DNA of 64,000 bases from contig NC_092677.1 in the NCBI RefSeq assembly GCF_964355755.1, forward strand, positions 19,924,101-19,988,100, in the 5' to 3' direction. Both the position numbers and the translations under genes were made by a program. Under the pieces are notes generated by a model. It had not been told where the DNA came from and searched no databases. It worked only from the letters and a program-made list of their open reading frames with translations. Of this stretch, positions 51,070 through 64,000 are shown one piece after another (positions within the stretch are counted from its first letter, which is position 1; each line of letters begins with the position of its first letter). The stretch comes from Antedon mediterranea (taxonomy: Eukaryota; Animalia; Echinodermata).

Positions 51070-51186
51070 GTGATGATGAGTCTGGTAAGACATCTATGGC
51101 TGCTCGTCTTGAAGGTAATGAAGACCCCAAAAAAGGATCAGGATTAGAATATACATACATTGATGTGAGAGATGAGGACCGAGATG
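51070..51186 (+). CDS. DYNC1LI2: Dynein light intermediate chain, exon 3 (P-loop)
   Basis: GDDESGKTSMAARLEGNEDPKKGSGLEYTYIDVRDEDRD; canonical splice sites. Confidence 0.93.
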
Positions 51187-52256
51187 GTAAGTTAACAAAC
51201 ACAAAGCCTGCAAATTAAGTGTGGAAAAATGTTAAGTTATTGAGCTTGGCATTCTCAAAAGTGTCGCCAGAAGGGGTTATAATGCCCCCCCCCAGAAATG
51301 TTTTCTTGCTGCACCTTTAGGTAGTTATAGTCAAGAGAATGGAATCATAGAAAAGTTACCATGCAGTAGCTTATTGTTTACTACGACTCAAATAAAAATG
51401 GCCTGCAGCACTCAATCTGCGGTGTCTTATTTTAAAGGTGACTTGAAGTGTCGCCATACAGCTCTGTGTTTGGTATTTTGTCCATCCAACTGATATTTAG
51501 TGTAGCTCTGAGTAATCTGGTGTAGCATCCGTCCAAACTTTTTTCCAATTGTTTTGTCAATGTTTAATATACAGTATATTTGACAGAATAATTAGTGACC
51601 AACATTCATTCCATCATGGTTCGCTTAACAGCAGCAGGGAATATAGTACAGGTCAACCAGTACCCATGCCAACTCGTAGCCAAATAATTAGGTACGAGTT
51701 TGCATCGGTACGGGTTGGTTCCCATAACAAAAAGTCTTAGTAGATATAGCTCTATATCTATTAGCCTTTAAGGCTAATAGATATAGAGCTATATAGATAT
51801 AAATAAGTTATCGCCTTAATAGATATAGCTCTATACCTATTAATCACCTACTAATAAGTATTTTTACTCGGGGTACCCGAGTCTAGGACTTACTCATTTT
51901 CTCCTCCGATTTTTAAAGTACTACTCCTCCCTTATTAGTTGTACTGTAGTATTGAGCTGGGATTTGGCATGAATATACTACAGGCACATGTCCTCAAAGC
52001 TATAGAGCCGGATTTTTTATTTTCAAACCGGATGCAGCAATATGACTTCTCGAAGATGGTACCATATAGCCGTATTTGGTAGGTTATGGATGTGTAGTAT
52101 GTGACGTCACATCCCGTCTTATGACGTCATTACAGCTTCATTTTGCTGTACCACCCTGAGTATTGCACATTTGTGCTTTTTGGTTTGTTAATTAATTTGT
52201 TTAATTAAGAACCCACAATTTGTGACACACACCACAGCGTCATGTAGTTATATGCG

Positions 52257-52327
52257 GAATCTTGGCGTAGTGGTTATCACGTTTGCTTAACACGCATAAG
52301 GTACCCGGTTCGAGCCCGGGTGAAACC
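52257..52327 (+). pseudogene. tRNA-Val(AAC)-like pseudogene
   Basis: TGGCGTAGTGGTTATCACGTTTGCTTAACACGCATAAGGTACCCGGTTCGAGCCCGGGTGAAACC followed by a T run; the acceptor stem is mispaired. Confidence 0.75.
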
Positions 52328-52539
52328 TTTTTTTTTAAACTTTACGGTGAAAAGTACTGTATACGCAATATGATATACACAGTATATCTTATTTTTATTA
52401 TTTTTTTACATACTTATTTTGTGTAATCGGTAATTATAAATTTTACACATGTTTATTTTGCTTTGTGCTTATTACCATATTTATTTGTAATTTAAATGGA
52501 TTAAAAAACTTTGTGTAACCAACATTTTTCGTGTAAGAG

Positions 52540-52610
52540 GTTTCGTAGTGTGGTGGTTATCAAGCCTGTTTAACACGCAGAAGGTTCCTGGTATGAGCCC
52601 TGGGGAAACC
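52540..52610 (+). pseudogene. tRNA-Val(AAC)-like pseudogene
   Basis: GTTTCGTAGTGTGGTGGTTATCAAGCCTGTTTAACACGCAGAAGGTTCCTGGTATGAGCCCTGGGGAAACC; the B box is degenerate. Confidence 0.7.
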
Positions 52611-55600
52611 TATTTTTCTTAAACTTTATGGTAAAATATACTGTATACGTAATATGATATAGAGTATATCTCGTTTTATTACTAGGACTCTCTCATCTTT
52701 TCCTCTTCTTCTTCCATCCGGACACTATTGAGTAAAAAGTGCAATTTATAAAGTACTACAGTACTCCTCCCATTCGTTGTAGTATTGAGCTGGGATTTGG
52801 CATAAATATACAGCGACATGTCCTCAAAGCTATAGAGACGGATTTTAAAATTTCAAACCGGATGCAGCTATTTCACGTCTCGAAGATGGTACCGTATAGC
52901 CGTATTTGGTAGCGAGGTTATTGATGTGTATGTGACATTACATCCGGTCTTATGACGTCATTACAGCTTCTTTTTCTGTACCCCGAGTATCGCACATTCG
53001 TGCTTGTTTAGGTAGATTTTAGATATTTTTTACCTCATTAGCATAATTCAAAACCCCCACTAATAGTATTAGTGTAGATAGATTTTTCACTATTTTTAAT
53101 CTGTGAGTAACACACTTGTTTGTATACATCTATCTATTGTCTAGTTTTACAATAGGCTACCAGCAACATATTAATACTAGACATAAACAAACTGATAATA
53201 GCCAGTAACTGTTAATAAACTATCTATTTTAAATACAATAGATAGATGGACTACCAGATAGCTATTAGAAATCTATGAGTGTCATCTACTGTCTACTTAT
53301 TATAGCTATACAAGGGCTACCAATAACCTATCAATCGACTAATAACAAATAATTAATAGCCAGTTAAATATTAATCAACTATCTATTTTATATAGCTGGG
53401 ATGTAGTCATTCCATCGTTGACTCATAGAGTTAAAATCCTTAGTAGGCGAGATAAAAAGGTCTATTAAAAAAATATTAGGGCTACTAAAAATAGAGCTAT
53501 TTCTACTTAAGCCTACTTAAATCTACTAAATTTTTTTGCTATGGGTTTGGATATGGGTTAGCCAAAGTGGGTACGATTCCATTCCATCAAAATATATTCA
53601 TAACAAAATCAACACTTTTTTTAACATTGTCTTTAGTAATGATTTCAAAAGATAATCTGAGTATGTTGATACCAATATCTTGTCAACAATAGACCTTAGG
53701 GTTTTGGAGATATGGCCATTTGGTCACCATTTTGAAGTTGGGGCTGAAAATTTGTTACCTAGCATTTTTGGTATCCTAGCACCAAGTTAAATCAAGTGAA
53801 ATATCATATTGGGCATTAAAATCCTCACAATCCCTATTTTCATACATGAGGAACCTTGACTACAAACAGTACAATAAATACTGTATTCCATGTTTATCAT
53901 TTTACGTTGGGCTTTAAGTTTTAGACAACGTATCAAGTCTAACAATTATTGATTTTTTGTAATACGTATTTAGGTATAGTTTACAGTAGTAATAATATTG
54001 TTGATGATTGATAAATTATTGTATATACTGTAATGTAAAACAATTTAGTACAGTTTTTATGTGTTTTCCTGTTTATTGAATGTTCCAATTTTGTCAAATT
54101 GTTCTTTTTTTGCTGGTAGACATTGTTTATTAATCTAAATCAAGTTCTTGTCTACATACTAATTGATGCTAATTAAGTGTTAATGGGAAATGATTGTGAG
54201 TTGAATTGGCTCAATTTTTGGCGAAATTTTGTAACCTGAATTTTGCATTTAATTTTTGTATCAGTACAGTTTACTTTATATTGAATATAGGCCTATTTTA
54301 AGTTAAAATGTTGAATTTAATTTTTGTAGTAATTGCATGGGAATTGTCTGAATATTACTATAAACAATAGATTTACATGTAATGCATGCACAGTAAATTT
54401 GCGACGTCAAGACCTGGTTTAGGAAACTAAACAATCAAGCCTCGGACCTGTCATTTGTTTGGCAGATGTATTGTTGCTCAAAGATGTAAACAGACTTGAA
54501 TCGGTAAAGAGGTTCTCCTGATACAGCAAAACAATTATTTTTTAGATAATGACTATTTGCTTTATTACTTTTTAACTTTAAAACAATGTGGATACTATTT
54601 TCTGACATTGAAATCATTGCACTCTTTGTTGTAAATGTTAGCGAAAAAGAAAGAAATCACGAATAGAGTTAAAAAAAGGGGAAAATGAATGCTGAAATTA
54701 TTAATGAAATAAAATTATATAATTGGAAACAGTATAAAATTATATCGGGCGGTACAAATCTGTCACTAGGGTTTTACTACAACATTCGTGGCTGCAACTA
54801 GAAAGTTGATAATTGATTTTCGAACCGGCTAAAAATAAGAATTAAGCCCGTGCTTATGATGTGTTTGATTCCATTTCGAGCGCTGGACCGGGCGTAGACT
54901 CGGCCGCGCCTACAAGTTAAGTTATAAGCCTAAAGTCTAATGCTAAATTCTGCCTAAGAAATATCAGGAAGAAAGCAGACAAATTTAAATTTAACTAAGT
55001 AATTACCTCAATAGTATAATGTTAATATGTTTAATTTTATTTCCTTTTCGATTGTTCTAACCGTAAGGTGCCCTTTAAATTGAAATAGGGAATCAAGTTT
55101 AGGCCAAGAAACGGCAACCCTGAACGTTTCGGGCGCCTACATACAATGGGTTACGGCTGCTGCATAGCACATTTAAAGCTTCTTAAATTTCTTTGGTACA
55201 TTTTTTTCTAACATGCAGTAGTTGCTTATAGTAGCTTGATAAATACTCCACTTATTAAATAATTTAATAAATCAGTACAATTGACGTGTCGAAGGAAATA
55301 TTCCATGAGAAGCGACATTTTTGTGTGCAGGGTCAGAGAAAAATTTCATTTTAAAATTTTGTTTAGCAATATTGCGAATCAAACTGATTTTTTAGTCGAG
55401 AATCATAGTTTTCTATCGTATTTTTTGCTACACAATTGTAGAAATGTGTAGCAAGAAGGTTGTTTTGTATAGCTTTTTGCTATGCTACACTGGCGAAATT
55501 ATTCCCTGAGGGTAGACTAGTTCCGAAAATGGAACAATCCACTGCGGGGTTATCCAATCATAATTCAACACGCTAATACATGCATGCCATGCACATTTAG

Positions 55601-56349
55601 TAATAAGCTGAGAACTGAACCTCCCTTTAAGGAAAATGGTAAACACTTTTATTTTCGGTAGTCAAAGTCAAATAAAATAATTTGGTTTATCAAAAAAAAA
55701 TATAAATTGGCTTCAATTCAATACTAAATTTGCCAGATTTTGATAATAAGAAAGACTAAAGAAATTAATTTTATCGGAAAAACATTGACATTGACATTTG
55801 AGGCGGATGTGCATAATAATAATAACCGATTTATATATCAAAATAAAGAGTATTATAAAGCCTGATAACACGCAACAAAAATTACTCCCACCTGTTATGG
55901 CAGGTGGGCGATCGTGTTTTGAAAATGGGTAGGTGTTTTCTAAAGTTATTTTTAGTGCGTGGATTTCTACTTGCCGGCTTTTGTATTGAAGGATGTAATA
56001 TACTATATGATTTGCAGCATGCTCCAAAGAACATCATAAAGTTGTTTATTTTTGAAAATCAAACATCACAACATGGCCTATTATAGGTTGTTTTGATAAT
56101 ATGGGAGCAATTTAGTCTATGAATGTTAATATGGTGACCTATGTTTTTACTTGGTAGATAACTGTTGAGTGAAGATGTGCATTGACATTTTGTAGTATGT
56201 CGTTTTTGTATTCTAAAACCTAGTTTATGGGGAAGAAAAATAATGCTGTTTTCTTGTGATTTTTGTTCCACAAAAATGAAACCCACTAATTATTTGTTGA
56301 AGCCTAAGATGAACATCAAAATGATGATTATTTTGATTTTTTTTTACAG

Positions 56350-56580
56350 ATATTACAAGATGTGGTGTGTGGCTTCTTGATGGTGATGATGACCACTCTC
56401 GTATGCTTCAATTTGCACTCACTGATGAAAATATAGAAGATGTATTGGTTATTCTGGTGGTAGATATGTCACAGCCATGGAATGTGAAAGCATCCATAGA
56501 AAAATGGTCACAGGCACTAAGTTCGCACATGGATCAATTAAAAATTACACCGCAAAAAATGAAAAATTTAAAACAAAAAT
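56350..56580 (+). CDS. DYNC1LI2: Dynein light intermediate chain, exon 4
   Basis: DITRCGVWLLDGDDDHSRMLQFAL...VILVVDMSQPWNVKASIEKW...; phase-1 boundaries are consistent. Confidence 0.93.
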
Positions 56581-58286
56581 GTAAGAGTTTAATCCTTAAC
56601 ATACTATTCTTTCAAACTACAAATTTAACTCCCACATTCATGCTTATTAGGTTATATTACACATAATACACAATATGTGAATGTGATTGGTTGACACTGC
56701 GAGGATCGTAAATCATATAATGTCCTCGAGTACGATGATATTGACTGAGTAATTTTCGCGTGATTATCTTATCCCTGTATTTAAATATATCAAATCCAGC
56801 AAATTCTCGGAGTTTGATAATGACTGATTGACTTTTATAATTCAACTGGCCATATGATGACGTCACAACATCCGATGCGCAAAATTTGTACATGAATTCG
56901 TATCTACAATTCAACAGCTTCCAGAAAACGTTTTAATCATGAGTATCACTTTTCATTCTTAACATTAAAATTTACTGTGATGATGAAATTAAGTGACCCC
57001 AAGTGTTTCACGCTTTTGATCATTATGACATCATTAACAATTTTAAAAATAGTAAATCATGCGAAAGATAATTGATTGACCTAGACAATAATATGTGGGA
57101 AAATGAAATACGGATAAGTGGAGATGCGCTCTATTAAATGTGATGAGCTATGACGAAAGAGACAAAAATCCTATATTTTATATTCGAGTGGCCATATGAT
57201 GACATCACAATGTCCGGGTAGCCATATTGATGCATGATCCGATATCTACAACTCATCTACTTCCAGAATAGCTAATAAAATTTGGATTTGTTTGGGGTCC
57301 CGCCGCTACGGCAGGATTAGGATAGGCGAGATTTGGTGTCCCCATCATTGGCTAAGCATGAATTTATTTAGCTATATCATGGCTGGATTTGATCCCATCC
57401 AAAATGATCAAACAAGCCGTGCATCCTTTTTTACAATAGGCCCTAGTATTAATTCTAAAGACAGTTGTAGACATTTACTTTATGTACCACGCATTTTGCT
57501 GCGCCGCCACAGCTACTTTGATCGTTATAGTTAATCACATTATTATATCATTATATTTAACACCTCATCTTCAGTAATACTAACAAGTTGATTTCTTATT
57601 GTATTATTATCATCACACTTACCTTATATTTTACTTTACTACATAAATACGATATACATATAATAAAATATAATGTAATTGAAAAATTAGTACTAAGTAC
57701 TAAGTACTAATGAAATTGGACAGATATTGTTAAAACTGTATTCAGAATTAAAAAAAGCTATCTAACGATACCAAACAATATAGTATTTGGTAAAATTTCA
57801 TGTTGACCCTTTGACATTTATTGGTCACTTGACTTGTTTTATTGCTAAATAACTGTAACTATGACTTTTGTATATGGGTGCAATGGAATGATCAGTATTA
57901 ATTTCTCTTTCCAATGACACCATGGATGACCATGTTTAGTGTGGATTGTTTTCAGCCATTTTGAAACCCAAAATGTTGGGTAACCCTTCCATTTTTATGT
58001 TTTTGATATACCAATGAATAACTGTGCTAAGTTTTAGAATGTTATCACAATTTGAAGGATTTGCATCAAATAAGCACCTTCACACGCCTACTATAACATA
58101 TATTGCCTTTTATATCGGTAAAATATCATTTCCCTCAAGCAAAATATCATTCCCTCTGGGATGTCATATCTTAAATTTCACCTCTAAGCAGGCAATATCT
58201 GTATAATATTACACATGTAAATATGTGAATGTGATTGATTGAAACTTAAGTAGTGTTATTTTCATGTATTGTTCATGTCCCCGTCG

Positions 58287-59460
58287 TTAGACTTACTTAG
58301 ACTTAGAACATTGGGCAGCAACATCTGATCTCCATCTCAATCGGTTTGGCAGTTGTGCCTTTGCATTCTCCCAGTTGAGGCCCATGTTACCAGATTTTTC
58401 GCCACTGTTCTCTTCCATGTAGTATCTGGTCTTCCTGGTTTCCTCTTACCACCATCTGGTATCCAATCAAGAGAGGTCTTTGGATGTCTGCCATCTTCTA
58501 TTCTAAGGGTGTGGCCTAACAAACTTCAGACAATGGTGCTGAGTTGCCTCTGGTCTGTCCAGGTGATACCAAGCAGTTTTCTCTGGTGGAAGACATAGTT
58601 TGCGTGCTAAGTTTTCAGTAATCTTCCAAGTTTCACTCGTATATATAGCTACTGGTATAACTAGGGAGCTATAAAGGCCAATTTTGCTCTTTGGATTGAT
58701 ATTTTTTGTTGACCAGATTTTGTGCAGTCTTCGGAAAACACTATTTGCTTTCCTAGTCTATTTGTAATGTCAATTTGTGTATCTCCTTTGCTTGAGATGT
58801 TACTGCCTATGTAAGTAAAGCTTTGGACTTCTTTAGCGACTTGCATGTTGACTTCCACGGCGAGCGGTTGCTCTTTTACAGACATAACTTTGGTTTTTTT
58901 AGAACTAATCCGGAGGCCCAACAGGTCAGTCAACCGGGCAAAGTTCCTCTTGATTCCATAGGATGTATTTATGTACCGTATTTATTTACGCAATGGTAAG
59001 GAGAAATAATAAAGGTGAGAGTATGCAATCCTGGCGTACGGCTGAGACAATGTCAAAGAACTCTGTATGTCCAGTGCCTGTTTTAACGCATCAGCATGAA
59101 TCTAGGTACAAGCTCTTAAAAATGTTGATGAATCTCTGTGGTATTCCATACAATTTGGCAATTGCCCAGACTGTTTCTCTATGTATGCTGTCGTCAAACT
59201 TAATGTATAGTTTTTGATTGAATTCCATATTCTGCGCGATAATGTTTCTGAGGGTCAGGATTTGTTCGCTGCATCATCTTCCACTACGAAATCCTGCTGG
59301 TTCCTCTCTTAACTGTGTATCCAGGGCATCGCTAAGTCTGTTTAGCAGGACAGCGCAGAATATTTTGCCTGGGACAGAAAGCAGTTTTATACCTCTTTAG
59401 TTATTGCAATTACTCTGGTCCCCCTTTTTAGGGAGTTTCTCCATCATCCCTTTGCATTGT
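58287..59460 (-). mobile_element. RTE-clade LINE 3' fragment with a (CTAAGT)n tail
   Basis: GLRISSKKTKVM...FTYIGSNIS and GHTLRIEDGRHPKTSLDWIP.GKRKPGRP.TTW; short tandem-repeat tail. Confidence 0.85.
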
Positions 59461-59615
59461 TTCTTGAAAGCTAATAGATATTCAGATGATAGATTCTTTA
59501 CCCATTTGCATTCAAGAATGCGACACAATCATAATTTTATGAAGAACAATATTTAAAACTTACTTCAAAAAGTAGAGTGGCATTTTTTGTAAAAAATATT
59601 TCTTGTTTTATGTAG

Positions 59616-59782
59616 TAATTCGACAGTTTCAGATGTATGTAGAACCAGATAACACTCCAGATGCATCAAGCAAAAAGATAACAGTAGCTACACCTAATGA
59701 TGAGGAGCAAGTTCTACTTCCACTTGGAGAGACCACATTAACATCTAATTTAGGATTGCCTATTATTGTAGTATGCACCAAG
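59616..59782 (+). CDS. DYNC1LI2: Dynein light intermediate chain, exon 5
   Basis: IRQFQMYVEP...VLLPLGETTLTSNLGLPIIVVCTK|GTAAGT. Confidence 0.93.
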
Positions 59783-60444
59783 GTAAGTCAAGATGAAGTT
59801 GCAATTAATTCTAATTTTTAACACACAAAATGACTGAAGACTGACAAAGTAAAAAAATATTTTGAAATTGTCCTGTCGCAATACGAGAGCCGCAACTGAT
59901 GATGAGATGAAAGTAAATACAAACTTTACTTAATGATCTTGGAGTGTAAAAGTCTTGAAATAAATATACTATTCATCTTAATTCTGATCAATGATAACAA
60001 CAGATTAGAAGTATACTCTACAATAATTAAAAACAATTGTCACAAATTAATAGTTTATTAACAAACCAACTGAAAACAACATTAACAACTTCATTGTTTA
60101 CTACCAGCATATCATGTAAAATGATATGAATGACGGTCAAACGCATTGCCCAAGTTACCACAGGAAATGCATGTCAGAATAACTGCTTAAATCTTTACAA
60201 ATGTCCCAGACCTCTTACTTTAGTAGGTTAAGGTCATTTGAAAAGGCCTGAATGGTAAAGTTGTGTGTTCTGCAAAACCAAAAATCCAACTTGGAATAAA
60301 AACAAAAACTCTTTATGAAAAAACCTTTTTGAAATAAAATATTACAATTTTTTCTGTCTGCCCTATATACAGTAATAGTGTAACTGATAGTTGATAATAG
60401 GATGATAATAACATTGTGTAAGCATTTTATTTATTTATTTTTAG

Positions 60445-60538
60445 TCTGATGCAGTGTCAAGTCTAGAGAAAGAATTTGATTACAAAATTGAACATTTTGA
60501 TTACATTCAGCAGTTCATCAGAAAGTTCTGTCTATGTT
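60445..60538 (+). CDS. DYNC1LI2: Dynein light intermediate chain, exon 6
   Basis: SDAVSSLEKEFDYKIEHFDYIQQFIRKFCLC, followed by a U12-type donor. Confidence 0.92.
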
Positions 60539-63042
60539 GTATCCTTTTTGGTTCATATGTAAAATAAGAACTTCTCAGTCAAGAATAATGTATTTGCATG
60601 TTTTATGGAATTATAGTTTGAGCCTATTTTACACTATAAATGGATGTATTTTTTTTGGTATAATTTTATATAATATCCAAAGATTTTTTTCGGCACATAG
60701 TTTTATTTGTTGGCTTTGGTATTTTATAAATAAAAAATGAGAAATATAGAAAAGAAAGACTAGTGTTGCACGAAAGTTCTACATTGTTTTATTTTGCTTA
60801 TGTGACTTTCGATCCTTTGTGAAGGAAAAAGAAAAAAAAAACAATAACTTTTTAGAGAAAATACCAAGTCTTCCCCAATTTTGAATGGATTCTTAGACTT
60901 CTTCTTTTAAGATTTGAGGCCATTTAAAACTTGACCTTTGACCTGATATAATATCCGATTCTTCAGAACTCGTAAACCGTACATCCTAGAAACATGATAC
61001 TGTAATAGTGTCAAATACAAAAGTACTACTTTCTATTCATGTTTAATAGAAACATATGCATTTAACTCAATACTATAGGAGTAACTGGTTGTATCTTAAT
61101 TCAACATTATAATACTTGGATCAGATTATAAACCAACCCTCCAGTAATGGTATGTTGCTCTTTGGTGAATCTAGCGCCATCCACTTTGTCGTATACACAA
61201 AATATGAAATATTCAATCTGGTGCCGGTCTGCCTATGATCAAGCTGGTTGTTTTTGGGCCAATGTCCTAATCAATTGCCTAAACATTCCAAGACCATCTG
61301 TTGAAGTCCATTAAAACATTGTTCTAATTATTCACGCATACCCCCCCCCCCCCTCATTTATTTTTTTGGGGATCGTCCCCTTATTTTCAATGCAAAACCC
61401 CATAATGTTTCATATGTATTTGCTGTACTATTGATTATGAGTATCTGCAGAAAAATGCGTGGAGATAGTAGATGGATAGGTAGATAAAATTGTATTCGTC
61501 ATAAAATAAATTAAATTACATTATGAAAATTGTCTTCCTTGGCAAGAATATAAATATAACAAGAAATATTTCTTACAAAAAACTCTGCTCGCTTATTGAA
61601 AAATATTTTTTATTTCAAATGTTTTTGAATGTGTCATTTTATTGTCACATAATAGATAGTTATTTTACCTGAAAAAATGTAATTTAAAGCAACAAATACT
61701 TAAATTGTCTGTCAGACAATGGTTTTTGGGTTTCTTTTCATTTTTTATATGTGAATAAATATTACTTTTTTGTTACAGAAGTGAATACTCAATTTCTGTC
61801 ACTTTAGTTAATTTTATTGCTAAGGTCAAATCTGGGGGTCACTTCATCACCCTCGATATTTCAATTGTGAAGTATCCTATTACAAACACAAACTTTAATG
61901 GACTGTTTCGATAATAATTCAATGAATATCTGACACTGACAGTGAATATAGGGATTTGTAATGTTAGCATGACATGTCCTAATAGACTCTTTCCCAGCCG
62001 TTTTTTGGGTCTACTGTAGCAGCTGGAATCAATAAATCATAGTGGAGTTTCCATTTTCACAAAACTGTCTGTCCTTAGAACTATAACTGCTGCTTGCTTT
62101 AGCTTCTGATTGAGTAGTCCTAATGGGACGTAGCGGGCTAGAGCAGCAGCGTGAAAAGACCATATATAAAATTTATTTAAAATACTTATAAAACAAATTA
62201 CACAAAAATATTTATAAATACTGCACAGGTATGAATATTAAAGCCATCGGTATTACAAATCGTGAATTAACAATATGAATAGCATTTGGAACAAAAGATA
62301 TAGTCTAAATCGTGAATTATTTGATCGTGGTGGTCTAACTCTCCCTGATCTATTTACAGTAAATTCATTTTGTAATGAGTGAGAACTGTTTCCCATAATT
62401 TTTGTGACTTTACTCAACGTTTGTTTTTCATAAACACCATCAACATCTTTAACAATTGAACCAATTATTCTAGAAGCTGTTTTGCACACTCTCCTTAGTC
62501 TAGTCTTATTCTTCTCTGTTAGATTCACAAACCATGCATACATGTTAAAACTAAAATAGATTGGATGACCGTTTCATAAAACAACTTAAGTGTGACATTA
62601 CTAACTTTAAAAGTATTAAGTTTTCTTAACCAGTACAGCCTTTGATTCCCTTTTTTAACAATCTCATCAGTATTCTTATCAAATTTCAATATATCATCTA
62701 TGAACGTGCCAAGATATTTATATTCATGGACACGTTCAATAACGTTCCCGTCAAGTTTTAAGCATCCCTTATCATTTTTTTTTCCTGAAATATTTATCTT
62801 AAAGTAATTTTCATCGCACCATGTAGTTAGCCTATCAAATTCATTATTATACACATGTTCAGTATTATCCCTCAAAAGACCAATCAATGCCATGTCATCT
62901 GCATATTTTACTATATGGCAGTTTGAATTAGCAGGGAGACAATCACTTGTGGTGCACCTGTATAATTATGCTCCAAATTGCTCTAAACAATTTAATATTA
63001 CACTATGTATGGTAGTAAATATTTCCTTAAACAAAATAACAG
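60539..63042 (+). other. U12-type (minor spliceosome) GT-AG intron
   Basis: 5' splice site GTATCCTTT; branch-point-like TTCCTTAA at 63023-63030, ~10 nt before AACAG; no polypyrimidine tract. Confidence 0.88.
62160..62955 (-). mobile_element. Rex1/Babar-like LINE 3' fragment
   Basis: [12 protein letters not shown]...[10 protein letters not shown]...VHEYKYLGTFIDD...KGNQRLYWLRKL...FYETVIQS. Confidence 0.82.
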
Positions 63043-63178
63043 ACGGTGCTGCATTATTTTACATATCTGTAAAAGAAGAAAAGAATTGTGAATTACTCAA
63101 GAAATACCTTTTGCACAGAATATATGATTTTCCATTCAACACACCACCCTTAGTTGTTGAGAAGGAAGCCATTTTTAT
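63043..63178 (+). CDS. DYNC1LI2: Dynein light intermediate chain, exon 7 (gene continues beyond the window)
   Basis: [45 protein letters not shown]; AT|GTAATT donor. Confidence 0.92.
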
Positions 63179-64000
63179 GTAATTCACAAGCATTGATAAC
63201 CTATTCTGTTATAAGCTTATATTCCATGTTACAAAAGTAAATTGTATCTCAGAAATTGAAAACTATATATATTTATAAATAAATCTTCATTAGCTTATTT
63301 GTATGGTATGCAAATAGAAGAGAAACAGAAAAAAAAATATTAGTAAATTCCAAATTCCAAATAAGAGTTATGTTTACTGTAAATAATTAATAGAAAAATA
63401 ATGCTTAAAAAAGAAAGATGTTTCGACTCCACTGGGTCATTCTCAAATACAATGAACAGAGAATTCTTTCCTGAATTTTAAGGATAAACACTAAAAAAGG
63501 GCAACAAACAACAGTAATGTGACGTGTCAGCGACCATGTTATGTCACTGTATAAACTATGCAACCTCCTCTGTTGTGTACCGCCATGGCCGGATCTACAA
63601 ATACCATGTTGGGCCGCCAAATTAAAACAGGGTTTAGTCTCGGCAGGCAGTCAACCGTATCGAATGATCGCGTCGTTAAGTTTGAATTGAAAATACACCT
63701 ATCCTTTGAACAGAATGATTTTTGTAAATCACGGTTTGGCTCAGTGAGTAAAACTCTGTGACAATTGATATCAATGCTTATAGTTGTTCGAGTTCGAATC
63801 CGTGATATGTGTAAATAATAAGTATCACCGCTTAAAGCAAAAAATCAAAACTAGACCACAAAACTATCAAAAAAGATACCAAACCTCACACACAAAATTG
63901 CAAAGTATAAAAAAAACCATTTAAATAAAAAAAAATGTAAATATATGAATAAACACACAAAACGATTCCAATATTGAACATAAAACTTAACAATTCGATT

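Larger units (their letters stand above)
51864..53008 (+). mobile_element. Composite Helentron-type element: HINE unit, two tRNA-Val-like sequences, second HINE unit
   Basis: 5' TTTTT-ACTCGGGGTACCCGAGT hairpin; internal end ...CTGAGTATTGCACATTTGTGC at ~52160-52180; final GTACCCCGAGTATC-GCACATTCGTGC-TTGTT. Confidence 0.72.
51721..53545. mobile_element. EnSpm/CACTA-like (CCC...GGG, 2-bp TSD) non-autonomous element
   Basis: TT|CCCATAACAAAAAG ... TTTTTTGCTATGGG|TT, with TAGATATAGC-type subrepeats. Confidence 0.7.

Noticed and set aside
52257-52610. Functional tRNA-Val genes (also 864-939)
   Set aside because: Mispaired acceptor stems, an anticodon-arm insertion or a degenerate B box, and a location inside a dispersed element; called pseudogenes.

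Overview
AT-rich, repeat-dense eukaryotic (invertebrate animal) DNA; an echinoderm-like deuterostome is a low-confidence guess. The one clear host gene is the 5' part of a cytoplasmic dynein 1 light intermediate chain gene (+ strand, exons 1-7, 41629-63178, continuing past the window), and it has a U12-type intron. The main feature is a complete 17.2-kb DNA transposon (19094-36302) with TAC...GTA ends and a perfect 6-bp target-site duplication (TSD; GAAAAT), matching the IS3EU type. It carries an intact two-exon 379-aa IS3/integrase-like DDE transposase and a convergent multi-exon HECT E3 ubiquitin ligase gene (SAM-like, SIM-like, UIM-like and HECT parts), now disrupted. Its inverted arms are about 1.2-1.35 kb, each made of a 21-bp palindromic array plus the 5' 700 bp of the transposase. 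A fold-back Academ derivative is nested inside a HECT exon. The rest is deeply nested transposon debris: CR1, RTE and Rex/Babar LINE fragments; hAT, piggyBac, Harbinger, Kolobok, pogo, P and EnSpm MITEs; a 5S-headed SINE; and Helentron-type elements carrying tRNA-Val pseudogenes. All coordinates and family assignments were read by eye, and no database searches were run.
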